From the NCBI RefSeq assembly GCF_001194135.2, contig NC_068986.1, forward strand, positions 1,552,250-1,616,249: 64,000 nt of DNA. Direction: 5' to 3'. Under the pieces are notes generated by a model, which saw only the letters and a list, made by a program, of their open reading frames with translations, searched no databases and was not told the DNA's origin. Made by a program: the position numbers and the translations under genes. This document shows positions 36,959-50,499 of the stretch, piece by piece (within the stretch, counting starts at the first letter, position 1; each line of letters starts with the position of its first letter). The stretch comes from Octopus bimaculoides (Eukaryota).

Positions 36959-39689
36959 ACACACAACAGTTTTCCACACACTTTCAATCTATTAGTTTCA
37001 CTCACAAGGCATGGGTCAACCTGAGGCTTAGAGAAGAAGACTTGTCCACATGGTTACATAGCAAACTCTGTATCCACACAGCCATGCCATAAATACCAGT
37101 GATATGTTGAGGTTGGGCAGTTCAATTATACCACATTATATCTAACAATGAAATCATCACATTAAAACAGCATAGTGCAAATGCTTCATATTGGATTCAA
37201 ACATCTCAATCAGATAATGTGAGAGGAAAGGAAAAATGAGGAAAACGAGACTACAGTTGCTCTCTGATATGATACCAATAGAAGAACTGTTGTCATATTT
37301 TCATGTTGTTCTCAATTTAATTTTGATATGACATTTTAAAGAGAAATTTAAAAAAATAAACAAACAGGTAACAACATTTTTACCTTCTTTTGATCCAAAT
37401 TATATTATATAAATATCTGCAACTTTGAAATGTCTTTCATGAGAAAAAATTCTTACCTGGAAAAATAAAAGAAAAACTGTAAGGAAATACATTTATCAAA
37501 TATAGATTCTTAAACATGTTAAGATACGGGTTCGTTAAGAAGCAAGCTTATTATTTTTATTATCATAAACATTATCTTTTTTTTTATCATTTATTTTTCC
37601 CCAAAAGCAGCATAATTTGAAGGTTTGATAACTTGAAAAAACTGAATACAAATTGCTGGAAAATATATTTACAACTTTAAACCCTCTCCTCAATAATTAT
37701 TGTTGATGTTATTAATTATTATTGCCAAGGTGGCAAGTTGGTAGAATTGTTAAAGTGTCATAAAAATGCTTTGCATATTTCTCCTGGTTCTCTGCATACT
37801 GAATTCAAATCTCATCAAAGTCAATAGTAAAACAACTACATGCAAACATACATACACATGCGCACACACCACATGCACACACACACACACACACGTACCT
37901 ATCAACTGCAAATATATTTATAATTTTATTTTATTAGTTATCAATTTGATAAAAGAAACATATTTTTCTTTCAGATATATAAATGACTCATTTCTTTCAA
38001 AACAATCACTACAAGTAATTAAGAACAAAACCGGATATTTATCTCACATGGATTATCACAGACACCTATCAATATAATGCATATAACAACAATATGCAAG
38101 ACAGTTAAGAATGCCTGACATATATATTTGACATTAACAACAGACATATACCATCACATCCATTTTTATTATATTATCAGAAGAGGAGAAGAAACAAACA
38201 GTTCATTATACATCTGTGACCTGACCAATGACACAATGATTGCTGCATGGTTTTAACACTTTATAGCATACAATGTTTTTAAATAGCTAAGAGAACTTTT
38301 TCAGTTAGAACATGTAATTTCAGGTCATGTCACTTGAAAATCAAGTACAATACCAAATTATATATAAACACAAATTTTGATAGCATAACATGGAACATTC
38401 TTTCTTGCAAGCAAGGGTCAAAAGTTTCTTTCTCCTACTACAAGGAGACACATGCATGGCAGAGCATCACTTACTGATCAAGGATGAAATATTTCTGTGC
38501 TACAGAGAGAAATCCTAACCTTTGTCATGTGGTTTCCGACATGTTTATATATATGCTAGACTGCCATGAAATACTATAATATAGATTGTGGAGATTAGCA
38601 TTTGGAGCACCTTTGAGGATTTTATTTGTGTGCTGTTGATGACTGGAGAAGATCAAGTACATGTTTGTTTCTTTATAATGTGTAGGAATTGTGCTTTACA
38701 CATAAATAAACAAACTACCATAGGCACATATAAACAAATGCATACACATATAGGTATGTGTGCATTCAATGAGCCAAAATTATTTTTAGAAGATTGTTCA
38801 ATCATAGTCTTTTCTTTTAAAATTATTGAGTACTCTTTCACTCTGGGTAGACATATATTTAAATGTTGCTTAGCAGCAGCAAGCAAATTATTAATAAGGA
38901 TTATAAATATTGCATAAAAATTTCATATTGTGTATGCACATAATAACAGACAGTTTGATAGATACATAGTAAATGACATATACCGAGAGAGGTACATAGA
39001 TAGACAGACAGATAGGAGGCAGTCATATAAATATATATATGTGTATATATAGGTAGGAAAACAAATGTAGAATGATAGACAGACATATAGAAAGATAAAT
39101 TGATAGAAAGACAACCCGGTCGGTTTGGATGATGTGACTGTAAAACCTGCTCTGTGTAAGCATTCGACTATTTTGGGCACGCTTACGTTAAAAGACACTT
39201 TTAGAATGACTTTTTTCTGTCGAGATGCTAAAAATAACCGACTAACAAAAAAACAACCAAGATTCAACCAAATCAAAAAATAAACCCAAATACTAAGTGA
39301 ACAAAGATGAACCATCCCACTTCCATTGCACACAAACACACAAAAAAAACACACACACACACACATTCACATACCTCCCCTTTTACATACACACACATAT
39401 ATTCACAGAGTTGAAACGCTGTTTGATTTATTTTTTCATTATCCCACTACCAAGTATGACATCACCCCTTCCTTCCTTATTCATCTACCACCCCCTCCTT
39501 TCTCATTCATAAACACAAGAATATTATTATAGTAGATTATCTCAGTAGCCATGGGAGCTATGAAAAAAATACAAAGACTAGCATCACTACTGGATCATTC
39601 TACGCATCTTGCAATTCCACCCAGCCGTTTGACTGTGAATCCCAAGACAAGAAAGAATTTCCCATGTCAAATTTATATGTATAGATATT

Positions 39690-39705
39690 CAGAGAGAGAG
39701 AGAGA

Positions 39706-39781
<76 letters not shown>

Positions 39782-39850
39782 TAGATAGATAGCTGGATAG
39801 ATACATACAGAAAGAGACAGTCAGAGAGAGAGAGAGAGAGAGAGAGACTG
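39690..39850. repeat. (GA)n/(GACA/GATA)n microsatellite
   Basis: Direct inspection. Confidence 0.95.
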
Positions 39851-40095
39851 ATGTGCAGACAGGCAGATAGACAGACAGATAGGTAGATATTGATAAATAC
39901 AGAAAAATATATAGAGATAGATAGACAGACAGATTGACAAACAGACAGCGAGGCAGACAGACAACCAGACATAGATTGATGCTAGGTTGTGCTTGTTACA
40001 TCAGAGATATATTGAGTCATGGAAGGAATTCCAAAGAATTCTTTCAATTAAAATGCAAAAAAGAAATGAAATTTAAAAAGAAAAGAATCAATAGA

Positions 40096-40151
<56 letters not shown>

Positions 40152-40492
40152 GTAAATTACTACGGGCACAGAAATTATAAAGAGATTTGACTGGAATTTC
40201 CAGTAATAATGAAGAAATCAATTGAGAAAATGGTAAACCAAAGCAAAAAAGGAAGATGATATAAATGTAATTTCCCACTGTCACCCACCCACACAGATAT
40301 AAAAACAAATAAAAGATAAAGTCTTAAAGAATAGGAAAATAGGAAACTGCTGCATTCTGGAAGAAAATTAGGAATGACTAAAAAAGTGGGGGAAAAGAAT
40401 GAATAAAAGATTTTTATTGTTCTTTTCAAAGTAAAATTATTGAATTGAAATCAAAATTGCATCAAAAGTATGTGGAAGTATGTGCATGTGTG

Positions 40493-40528
<36 letters not shown>

Positions 40529-40564
40529 CATTTATATATATATATGTAGATATATATATATATG

Positions 40565-40597
<33 letters not shown>

Positions 40598-41372
40598 NNN
40601 NNNNNNNNNNNNNNNNNNNNNNNNNNNNNNNNNNNNNNNNNNNNNNNNNNNNNNNNNNNNNNNNNNNNNNNNNNNNNNNNNNNNNNNNNNNNNNNNNNNN
40701 NNNNNNNNNNNNNNNNNNNNNNNNNNNNNNNNNNNNNNNNNNNNNNNNNNNNNNNNNNNNNNNNNNNNNNNNNNNNNNNNNNNNNNNNNNNNNNNNNNNN
40801 NNNNNNNNNNNNNNNNNNNNNNNNNNNNNNNNNNNNNNNNNNNNNNNNNNNNNNNNNNNNNNNNNNNNNNNNNNNNNNNNNNNNNNNNNNNNNNNNNNNN
40901 NNNNNNNNNNNNNNNNNNNNNNNNNNNNNNNNNNNNNNNNNNNNNNNNNNNNNNNNNNNNNNNNNNNNNNNNNNNNNNNNNNNNNNNNNNNNNNNNNNNN
41001 NNNNNNNNNNNNNNNNNNNNNNNNNNNNNNNNNNNNNNNNNNNNNNNNNNNNNNNNNNNNNNNNNNNNNNNNNNNNNNNNNNNNNNNNNNNNNNNNNNNN
41101 NNNNNNNNNNNNNNNNNNNNNNNNNNNNNNNNNNNNNNNNNNNNNNNNNNNNNNNNNNNNNNNNNNNNNNNNNNNNNNNNNNNNNNNNNNNNNNNNNNNN
41201 NNNNNNNNNNNNNNNNNNNNNNNNNNNNNNNNNNNNNNNNNNNNNNNNNNNNNNNNNNNNNNNNNNNNNNNNNNNNNNNNNNNNNNNNNNNNNNNNNNNN
41301 NNNNNNNNNNNNNNNNNNNNNNNNNNNNNNNNNNNNNNNNNNNNNNNNNNNNNNNNNNNNNNNNNNNNNNNN
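40598..41372. other. Assembly gap (largest); other gaps at 4089-4122, 5229-5293, 7566-7575, 8792-9326, 15360-15388, 26672-26712, 41890-42095, 43387-43764, 45043-45052, 46193-46202
   Basis: N runs, mostly bounded by (TA)n or (GA)n, as expected for short-read collapse at microsatellites. Confidence 0.98.
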
Positions 41373-41526
41373 GGAAATGAGGAGTAGACAGAGGGCCATC
41401 AACTGATGAAGGGTCGTTCTTTGTGTTACTTGTCCTGTTTTCCATTTGTTTCTCTCATTGTTTGCGTATTGAACTCATTTGTTTTCGTATTTCATGTTGT
41501 TTACTGTTGGTGACGTCCTGTACCCA

Positions 41527-41592
<66 letters not shown>

Positions 41593-41628
41593 CTATGTGT
41601 GTGTGTGTATGTGTATATATCTATGTAT

Positions 41629-41853
41629 GTGTGTCTTTGTGTCTGCGTTTGTCTTCCCTACATCACTTGACAACCCATGTAGGTATGTTTACACTTCCAT
41701 AACTTAGCAGTTTGGCAAAAGAAACCGATAGAACAAGTACTAGGCTTAAAAAATAAGTCCTGGGCTTGATTTCTTTGATTAAAAATTCCTTTAAGATGGT
41801 GCTCCAGCATGGCCACAGTCAAATGACTGAAACAATTTAAAGAATAAAAGAAT
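41629..41853 (+). mobile_element. SINE family A, 3' half
   Basis: ttggcaaaagaaaccgatagaacaagtactaggc...ggtgctccagcatggccacagtcaaatgactgaaac. Confidence 0.8.
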
Positions 41854-42095
41854 ATATACATATGTATATATATATATATATATATATATNNNNNNNNNNN
41901 NNNNNNNNNNNNNNNNNNNNNNNNNNNNNNNNNNNNNNNNNNNNNNNNNNNNNNNNNNNNNNNNNNNNNNNNNNNNNNNNNNNNNNNNNNNNNNNNNNNN
42001 NNNNNNNNNNNNNNNNNNNNNNNNNNNNNNNNNNNNNNNNNNNNNNNNNNNNNNNNNNNNNNNNNNNNNNNNNNNNNNNNNNNNNNNNNNNNNNN

Positions 42096-42159
<64 letters not shown>

Positions 42160-42459
42160 CCAGACAAATAGCTACACTAATAGATTGCCACTGAGCCAGA
42201 TGGATAGTTAGGTACAGAGGCAGACAGACATCCATACATTGGTAGACACATAAAGATAGATAGATAGATTAATTGATTGATAGACAAGTAAATAGATATA
42301 TAGATGGATAGAAGCATGAAATTCTCCAAGACGATGACGAAAATAGTCCCTTGACAACGATAATCTAAATGACTGTGATGACGACAACATGAATGATAAT
42401 GGCAATGAAGGTGATGATGATGATGACAATGGTGACAGTATTGATAATGATTACTTAAA

Positions 42460-43070
42460 GAGAGAAAGGTAAAAGATTGTCTGAGGGAGAGAGAAAAAGA
42501 GGGGGACAGACAGGGATAGAGAGAGAGAAAGATATAGAAAGGTAAAGAGGAAGAGACAGAGAGGGAGACACAGAAAAAAAGGGGGAGAGACAGAGAGAAA
42601 AATGAAGTGAAATAGAGAGGGAGAGACAGAGGGAAAAAAGGAGAGAGAGACAGAGAAGGAGAGAGAGACAAAGAAAGAGGGAGAGAGGGAGAGACAAAGA
42701 GAAAAATGGAGAGACAGAGGCAGAGAAGAAAAAACAGAGAGAAAGAGGGAGAGAAATAGAGAGAGAAGCAGAGAAGGAGAGAGAGAGAGAGAATAAGACA
42801 GTGAGGAGAAGATAGAGATAAATATCAAATAACTGATATGGAAAAAGAGGTAGAGAGAAAGGAGGGAGGAGAGTGAAAGAAAGCTACAAGAAGAAGAGAG
42901 GCAAGGAGAAAGAGAGGAAGAGAGTAAAGAGAAAAAAGAAGAGAAGAAAGAAAGAGCAAAGAGGTGGGCGAAGAAGGGAGAGAAAGGGAGAAGAGATGGT
43001 GATGTTGGGGAAGGGAAAAGACCTTATCACTGTGTTTGAGAGGAAGTTCAGTGGAAAAGATGCTGAATAA
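42460..43070. repeat. Purine-rich (GA-type) low-complexity tract
   Basis: Direct inspection; source of the S/L/F-rich minus-strand pseudo-ORFs. Confidence 0.9.
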
Positions 43071-43764
43071 AAGCCAAGTACATGTTTAAAGAGAGTATTT
43101 GAAGATTCAAGATCGGATGGTAAATGCCATCAAGTGTGTATGGTGGTGGTGGTGGTGGTGGTGGTGGTGGTGTTGGATGCTGTTGTTGGTAGTGACGGTG
43201 GTTTTAGTGTTGGGTATTGTTACTGTTGTTGTTAGTGGTAGTCATGGTGGTGGTGGTAAAGAGGTGGTGATGATGATGGTGGTGAATGTGGGGGGGGGGT
43301 GAAATAATTTCAGGTACAGGAAGTTATTGATGGATGACTAGGGTAGATGACAAAATAGGAAGTTGAGAGAGAGAGAGAGAGAGAGANNNNNNNNNNNNNN
43401 NNNNNNNNNNNNNNNNNNNNNNNNNNNNNNNNNNNNNNNNNNNNNNNNNNNNNNNNNNNNNNNNNNNNNNNNNNNNNNNNNNNNNNNNNNNNNNNNNNNN
43501 NNNNNNNNNNNNNNNNNNNNNNNNNNNNNNNNNNNNNNNNNNNNNNNNNNNNNNNNNNNNNNNNNNNNNNNNNNNNNNNNNNNNNNNNNNNNNNNNNNNN
43601 NNNNNNNNNNNNNNNNNNNNNNNNNNNNNNNNNNNNNNNNNNNNNNNNNNNNNNNNNNNNNNNNNNNNNNNNNNNNNNNNNNNNNNNNNNNNNNNNNNNN
43701 NNNNNNNNNNNNNNNNNNNNNNNNNNNNNNNNNNNNNNNNNNNNNNNNNNNNNNNNNNNNNNNN

Positions 43765-43802
<38 letters not shown>

Positions 43803-44039
43803 CTAGCATTATTATAGTTAAATACATCAGGATTTCTACTGGATGGAAACTTGATGCCATTGATTGCCATAAAGTAATCAGTTATTATATAAATCCACCT
43901 TTCTCTATAACACTCCCATCATATCATAAGTTGTGTCCATATCTCTGGCTGCCTGTTTGTCTGTATGCAATATCTGGATGTATGTATGCATGTGTGCACA
44001 TGCATATTTATTTATGTATGATTAATGGATGGCCAGATG

Positions 44040-44073
<34 letters not shown>

Positions 44074-44590
44074 CCCCTCTTTCATTCTGTCTATATGTCT
44101 GCATGCATGTCTGTCCATATGTATGCATGCATGCAAGTATACGCACATACATACATGTATGTATGTGCGTATACTTGCATGCATATATGTATGCATGTGT
44201 GTGTATGTATGCACACATGCATGCATGTGTGTGTGTACATATGTATGCATGCATGCATATATGTATGCATGTGTGTGTATGTATGTATGCATGCATGCAT
44301 GAGTATATGTACATATGTATGTATGCATGCATACATGTATGCATGTATGCATGTCATTGTTCAGTTTTATTTCAAGATTTCTTGCCAATAGAGAATGAAC
44401 CGGTTTCTAACCTAGATCCAAGGTCCCTTCATTGGAATTTCAACATCAACAACATGGTATGTATGTATGCAAGCATATGTGTGTATGCATGCGTGTGTGT
44501 ATTTCCTTTGTGTTATTCCCCCTCACTAACACACATTGTTTGCTATTATCAGACACACACACATACACACATACATTTTCCCTCCCTCTT

Positions 44591-44626
<36 letters not shown>

Positions 44627-44935
44627 AGGTCATCTCTCTTTTTATCTGCCTGTTTCTCTCTCCATGTCAATGTATATTTTCCATCTTCTGTCTCCCCTTC
44701 TAGCAGTAGTAGCAGTAGTAGTGGTAGTAGTAGTATCCGTAGCAGTATTTTACTCATTGGCAAAGTCACTGGGTGGTTAAAGCACTTCTCAACTATATGG
44801 TGGATCTGGAGTTCAAACCCACTCTAAATACTTCATTGTGTATTGAATACTAAGCAGTTGGGAGTTGTTAACAAGATTATCAGAATGAGTGCCTTAAATA
44901 CACTGGGATCTTACCCAGAAGTTTTACTTCTCCAT

Positions 44936-45104
44936 AGGCGCAGGAGTGGCTGTGTGGTAAGTAGCTTGCTTACCAACCACATGCTTCCGGGTTCAGTCCC
45001 ACTGCGTGGCACCTTGGGCAAGTGTCTTCTACTATAGCCTCAGNNNNNNNNNNCTTGGGCAAGTGTCTTCTACTATAGCCTCAGGCTGACCAAAGCAGTG
45101 TGAG
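44936..45104 (+). mobile_element. SINE family A, young 5' portion
   Basis: ggcgcaggagtggctgtgtggtaagtagcttgc...ccgggttcagtcccactgcgtggcaccttgggcaag; CpGs retained. Confidence 0.85.
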
Positions 45105-45113
45105 AAGGGACGA

Positions 45114-45151
<38 letters not shown>

Positions 45152-45249
45152 GACAGACATGGACATGTTTCTGGCAAAGCTTGTAAAACCTAATAGACAA
45201 ATATAAAATAAATAAAGATAAAAATGAAATAAATTAAAATAAATGTCCA

Positions 45250-46070
45250 CCAACTAAAAAAGTTTTATCAGATGATTAAAATAATGTTAAGATTAAAGAA
45301 ATCCTTTAAGAAACCTTACAGGGATTTCCTCAATCTATTCAATGCAGTTTTAGACTGGCTACATACAGCTAGAAGTGAATCGTCCCTATACAGTCCCCCA
45401 GTGAGGAGAGGAAAACTATCCTTAATCTGCGAAAGGAGGTATAGGCCCACTAAGTCAGTCACCTGTGCAGAATCAGATGACCCCATGGTTATATCGAAGA
45501 AATTGGTGGAATCAACTCTCTACCAATCATGTTCATTATAGGAGATGACGGTCTCCCTTGCCACTAATATTACATCAATATCTGAACTAGGGATATCCAC
45601 AAATTCATGGGCGAAAATCAAGGCTTTATTCAGCAATATAGGGGATATAGAATTAGATATCAACTTGTATAAAATCCAAATTAGGTTTATCCTTAAGGGA
45701 GTCAAACCATAGGGTAACATCCCCAGTAAATTTCTATAAAGGAAGTTGTCTATTAGGATTTTTGGTAGTTCATGAATTTTTAGTTGTGTATATTTAACTT
45801 TCGATAAGTCGTTCTATTTGTATTTTATTCCATTATATTTTTACCTGCTGTATTATTTTTCATGTGTTTGAAAACCATGGTGATGTTTATATATAATTCA
45901 ATGTTTGAGGGGTGGGGTTGTATGTAAAGTCGTTGATCCATAATTAATGTTTGTTCTATAACCAATGCTTCTTTATCTTCGTCTCATTTCTATTTGAGCA
46001 CTTCTTTTGCAGTCCTATAAACCCATTTGTTTCTGTAAAAGGAGACAAATATTATTTCTTGTTGTATATA
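45250..46070 (-). mobile_element. Penelope-like element reverse transcriptase fossil (Naiad/Chlamys-like signature)
   Basis: Minus strand: DVTLWFDSLKDKPNLDFIQVDI*FY..PILLNKALIFAHEFVD...FFDITMGSSDSAQVTDLVGLYLL (45498-45460 region)...GGLYRDDSLL (GLYRDD at 45396-45379). Contains stops and a frameshift. Confidence 0.8.
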
Positions 46071-46096
46071 CATGCACACATATATATATATATATG

Positions 46097-46327
46097 GTGG
46101 GCTTCTTTCAGTTTCCATCTACCAAATCCACTCACAAGGCTTTGGTCGGCCCGAGGTTATAGTGGAAGACACTTGCCCAAGGTGCCATGCAGNNNNNNNN
46201 NNCAAGGCTTTGGTCGGCCCGAGGTTATAGTGGAAGACACTTGCCCAAGGTGCCATGCAGTGGGACTGAACCCGGAACCATGTGGCTGGTAAGCAAGCTA
46301 CTAACCACATAGCCATTCCTGCACCTA
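46097..46327 (-). mobile_element. SINE family A, young 5' portion
   Basis: Reverse complement of the family A head and core; CpGs retained. Confidence 0.85.
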
Positions 46328-46362
46328 TAGCCACTCATGTGCCTATTTATATATATAATGTT

Positions 46363-46416
<54 letters not shown>

Positions 46417-46613
46417 AACACACACACTTATTTGTTCACATTATTTTGAAATAATTATGATTTATCTTGTAGCTTCGAGATTTGAGGATGTGACTGTTTA
46501 TTTGTCTAGTTTAAATGAGTTATATGAAATTATATATGCATAAATCAACTGAATTCTGATACATTAGTTCCAGTTCTGTTAACGTATAAAATATTGGTCC
46601 TATGTAAGACAAG

Positions 46614-46790
46614 TAGGTACAGGTGTGGCTGTGCGGTTAAGAAGTTTGCTTTGCAATTATGTGGTTTCAGGTTCAGTCCCACTGTTTGGTGCTTTGAACT
46701 AGTATGTGCTCCTATAGTCTCAGGCCACTGACTAAAGCTTTCATAAGAGGATTAGGTAGATTGAAACCACAGTAAGCCCACTGTGCTTGT
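46614..46790 (+). mobile_element. SINE family A, 5' half (older)
   Basis: aggtgtggctgtgcggttaagaagtttgc...ggttcagtcccactg. Confidence 0.75.
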
Positions 46791-46959
46791 GTGTGTCTGT
46801 GTGTATGCATAAATGTGTATGAATGCTGATATCTTGCTTGTCGCTATTTAAGTGAAATGGCAGTGACGTTTACTATTCCTGGTGACACTGCACATTTGAA
46901 GACTTGTAGACTATGTAAATTCCTAGTTGAAAAAACAAGCAAGGGTTGGCAACAGGGAA

Positions 46960-47252
46960 AATGATAATGAACTTATTGTATACAGTGCTCAGGTGCACTA
47001 GAATGCATCAGAATATATAGAATCTCTACAGGAAAGTAACAGTGAAAAAGTCTTAAGAAAAAAAAAGGGAAGAAGAGGAAACGGGAGCGAGGGGCATCAG
47101 GTGTACTGATGGCAAATTTCAGGAAGCATGGAAGTTTTGAAAGATGTAATGCCTTGGCTGCTAACACCTGATGCAGGTAGTTTATTCCATGACTTCAGCA
47201 ATTCTGAATGTGAAACAATGTTTCTGTGTGACATGGGTGCTGTGTTGAACTT
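46960..47252 (-). mobile_element. CR1-clade LINE 3' end
   Basis: Minus strand LLKSWNKLPASGVSSQGITSFKTSMLPEICHQYT* (WNKLP at 47189-47175) matches CR1 WNxLPxxVVxxxxxxxFK. The 3' UTR ends gtgcacctgagcactgtatacaataagttcatt. Confidence 0.75.
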
Positions 47253-47829
47253 TACTTAGCTTCAGATTTTCCTCCACTGAACTGGGTAAGTTCTAAGAAT
47301 CAGGCTCTTTGAGGCCCTAACTGCCTTTTGGCTTTCATTAGGATACATCCTAAGTAGTGTTTCTCAACCGTCTTTCTCTTCATGTCAATTGTTCTCATAA
47401 ATTTCTTCTGGTGTTTCTTTAGCAAATCCTGATTTTGGATGGGCTAGGTTGCTGGTTCAACCCTCACACTTCTTTCTCCAAATTTGGGACTGGCATCCAT
47501 GCAACAGGAAGAGCATCTGACCATAAAATCCTAGCTTAAAGCATATCCCACCAAAGTCATTGCCAGCAGGAAAAACAAGAACTTAACAAACAAACAAAAC
47601 AAACAAATGGATGAATGAATGAAAGAAATTCCATTAAATTATAATACCATTCCAATGTATTGGCACTGTATCATGTATGAAGTTGCATAGAAATGCTTGT
47701 GGCTAAATTTCTCAGGGTTTTCATCAGCTCACCCAACAGTGGAAACAATTTATCAGCTGTTAACTCTGCTAATATTAATAGCAACAATTACATGCTAAGA
47801 ATGATGTCCGAGATCAAAAGTATAATAAA

Positions 47830-48090
47830 GTGCAACCAGTTACTACTACTACTACTACCTCACTGCTACTACTACTACTACCTCACTACCACTACTACTA
47901 CTACAATCCCCACCATCCAACTACTATTACTACTACTACCACCACCACCACTACAATTACTGCTGTTGCTGCTACTACTATTACAACTGGCATCATTACC
48001 ACCACCAACACTATCACCTGTACTACAACTACTACTACAATGATGACAATGATAATACTAACAACAACAACAACAACAACAACAATAGCT
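47830..48090. repeat. Compound (CTA/CAC/CAA) trinucleotide array
   Basis: Direct inspection. Confidence 0.9.
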
Positions 48091-48839
48091 ACAGAATACT
48101 GTTAGCAACAGGTGAACAAATTGGTCCTTACAAAACGCATATTTTTCCTCCCCACATCACACTTTGCATTTTGTATTCGGTTTCCCTCCTTTCGAAGTAC
48201 ACAATTCCTGCTGAACAGTCCATGTTGTAATTTACAAAATACAAACGGAAACGTTTTATGAAAATTCCTTCCAGCTCTTGGACTGAAAATCAAAATCCAT
48301 TTCCTTCATTAACACTCGGAATTCTTTACCAATTACATGTGGTTTACTAATGAGCTTGCTTTCTTAGTTTCTAATAGATTTTTTTTCACTTCAGTGAATT
48401 GCGAAGAATATTTTGAAATCCTATTGTAAATATCAGAAATATTTTTCATGAATAAATTTACTGAACCATTGAAAAACAAAATATTACACGAGACAAAAGA
48501 AAGAATAATTTTTTTTTTCTGTTTTATATGAAAAATATTCAAGAATTTGCAGAAAATTTATTCATTTATTTATTTATTTTGTCATTTGTTTAATCACTAT
48601 TGTTTATGTGGGAGGAAAATGAAATAAAATAAATAAATAAATTTGTCAGGATTCAAATATCACTGAAGCAACAAAATTCAGTGAGGGATAAAATATTCTG
48701 ATGAGCAATGCTAAGGTAAACTGCTACTAGCATCTGGTGTCTGATGCTAACACCTGGCATCTGATTCACTGATTGTGGGTTTGATGGGTGTCAGTTATAT
48801 ACTATTGATGTAAATGTTAGCTGCTTTATAATAGGGGCT

Positions 48840-49817
48840 GGGTTGGAAGGTAATTGAGGAGAGAGGTTGGGGTGAGGAGGAAGGTGATGGGAAAGAAACG
48901 AAGAGGTAGAGTGGAGGGAAGAAAGCACTGAAGAGGAAAGGGATGTGAGAGGGTGGAGTTGAAAAGAAGAGTCAGAGAGAGGGAGGGAGAGAGAGTCAGA
49001 TTGTGTATGGTTGTATGACGGAGAGAGAAAAGGAGAGAAAGAAGCAGAGAGTAAGGTTGTATGAGGAAGAAAGAGAGAGAGAGAGAACAAGGAAAAATAG
49101 GAAAAAATTAGAATGCAGGTGAAATGAGAGAAGGTGAAAAAGGTGAGAAAATAGATGAAAGGAGTACAAGATGAATGGGGAAGTGGAAAAAGAAATGGAA
49201 GGAGTAAAAAAGAGGGGAAGAAGGAAGAAAAAGAGAGATATGGATGAAGAGGGGAAAGAGAGGAAGATGAAAGGAATGAAGAAGATAAGGATGAAAGAGA
49301 GATCAAAGAGATGTGGAAGGGAAAGAGAAGAGTAAGATGCAGATAGAATAAGGGGAAAGGAGAGGAAGGTGGGAGAAATAAATGGGAGAGAGAGTGAGGG
49401 GGAGGCGAGAGGAAGGAAAAAGAGGAGAGGTAAGAGATAAAGAATAAATAGAAATAGAGAAAAAGAGGGAGGAGAGAAAGAGAGAGATGGCAGAATATGA
49501 GATGAAAGAAGAGGAAAACAGAGACAGAGAGAGAGAGAGAGATAATAGAAGTGAAGGAGAGAGAGAGAGAGACTTAAGGAGTGAAGAAGAGAGAGGGAGA
49601 TAAAATAATAAAGAGATGGAAGGGAGAAAGAGACAGTTGGGAGAGAGATGAACAAGAAAGAAATAGATCGATAGACAGACAGACAGAGAAAGAGAGAGGG
49701 GAGAGAGAGATGAAAGGAGTGATGAAGAAAGAGATAAAATAATAAAGGGGTGGAAGGAAGGAAAAGACAGTAGGGTGAAACAGAGAAAGAGATAGATACA
49801 TAAATAGATAGCTATCT

Positions 49818-49886
<69 letters not shown>

Positions 49887-49945
49887 GACAGAGAGAGAGA
49901 CAGAGACAGAGAGAGAGACAGAGACAGAGAGAGAGAGACAGAGAC

Positions 49946-49978
<33 letters not shown>

Positions 49979-49979
49979 C

Positions 49980-50012
<33 letters not shown>

Positions 50013-50209
50013 CAGAGACAGAGACAGAGAGACAGAGACAGAGAGAGAGAGACAGAGACAGAGAGAGAGAGACAGAGAGAGAGACAGAGAGACAGAGACA
50101 GAGACAGACACAGAGAGACAGAGACAGAGAGAGAGAGAGAGACAGAGAGAGACAGAGAGAGAGAGAGACAGAGAGAGAGACAGAGAGAGAGAGACAGAGA
50201 GAGAGAGAC

Positions 50210-50240
<31 letters not shown>

Positions 50241-50288
50241 CAGAGAGAGAGAGACAGAGAGAGAGACAGACAGAGAGAGACAGACAGA

Positions 50289-50322
<34 letters not shown>

Positions 50323-50385
50323 CAGAGAGAGACAGAGACAGAGAGAGACAGAGACAGAGAGAGACAGAGACAGAGAGAGAGAGTT
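48840..50385. repeat. ~1.5 kb purine-rich tract ending in a compound (GA)n/(GACAGA)n satellite (49855-50385)
   Basis: Direct inspection. Confidence 0.9.
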
Positions 50386-50499
50386 AGAAGTGAAGGAAAG
50401 ATCAATATAAGGAAAAATATTTTGAAACATATGAAAAGAGTAAAATACAGGTCAACTCCAGAATCCTTATCAAAGTTGATCATAGGATTACACTGTGCC

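Noticed and set aside
41373-41530. CTGATGAAGGG at 41403 as another hammerhead
   Set aside because: Only the 5' half of the core is present. No matching stem II or GAAA could be placed, and the upstream sequence is lost in the N gap. It may be a PLE terminus but cannot be supported.
45012-45085. Direct duplications across the 10-N gaps (also 46135-46260)
   Set aside because: Identical sequence on both sides of a minimal gap indicates unmerged contig overlap, not a real tandem duplication.
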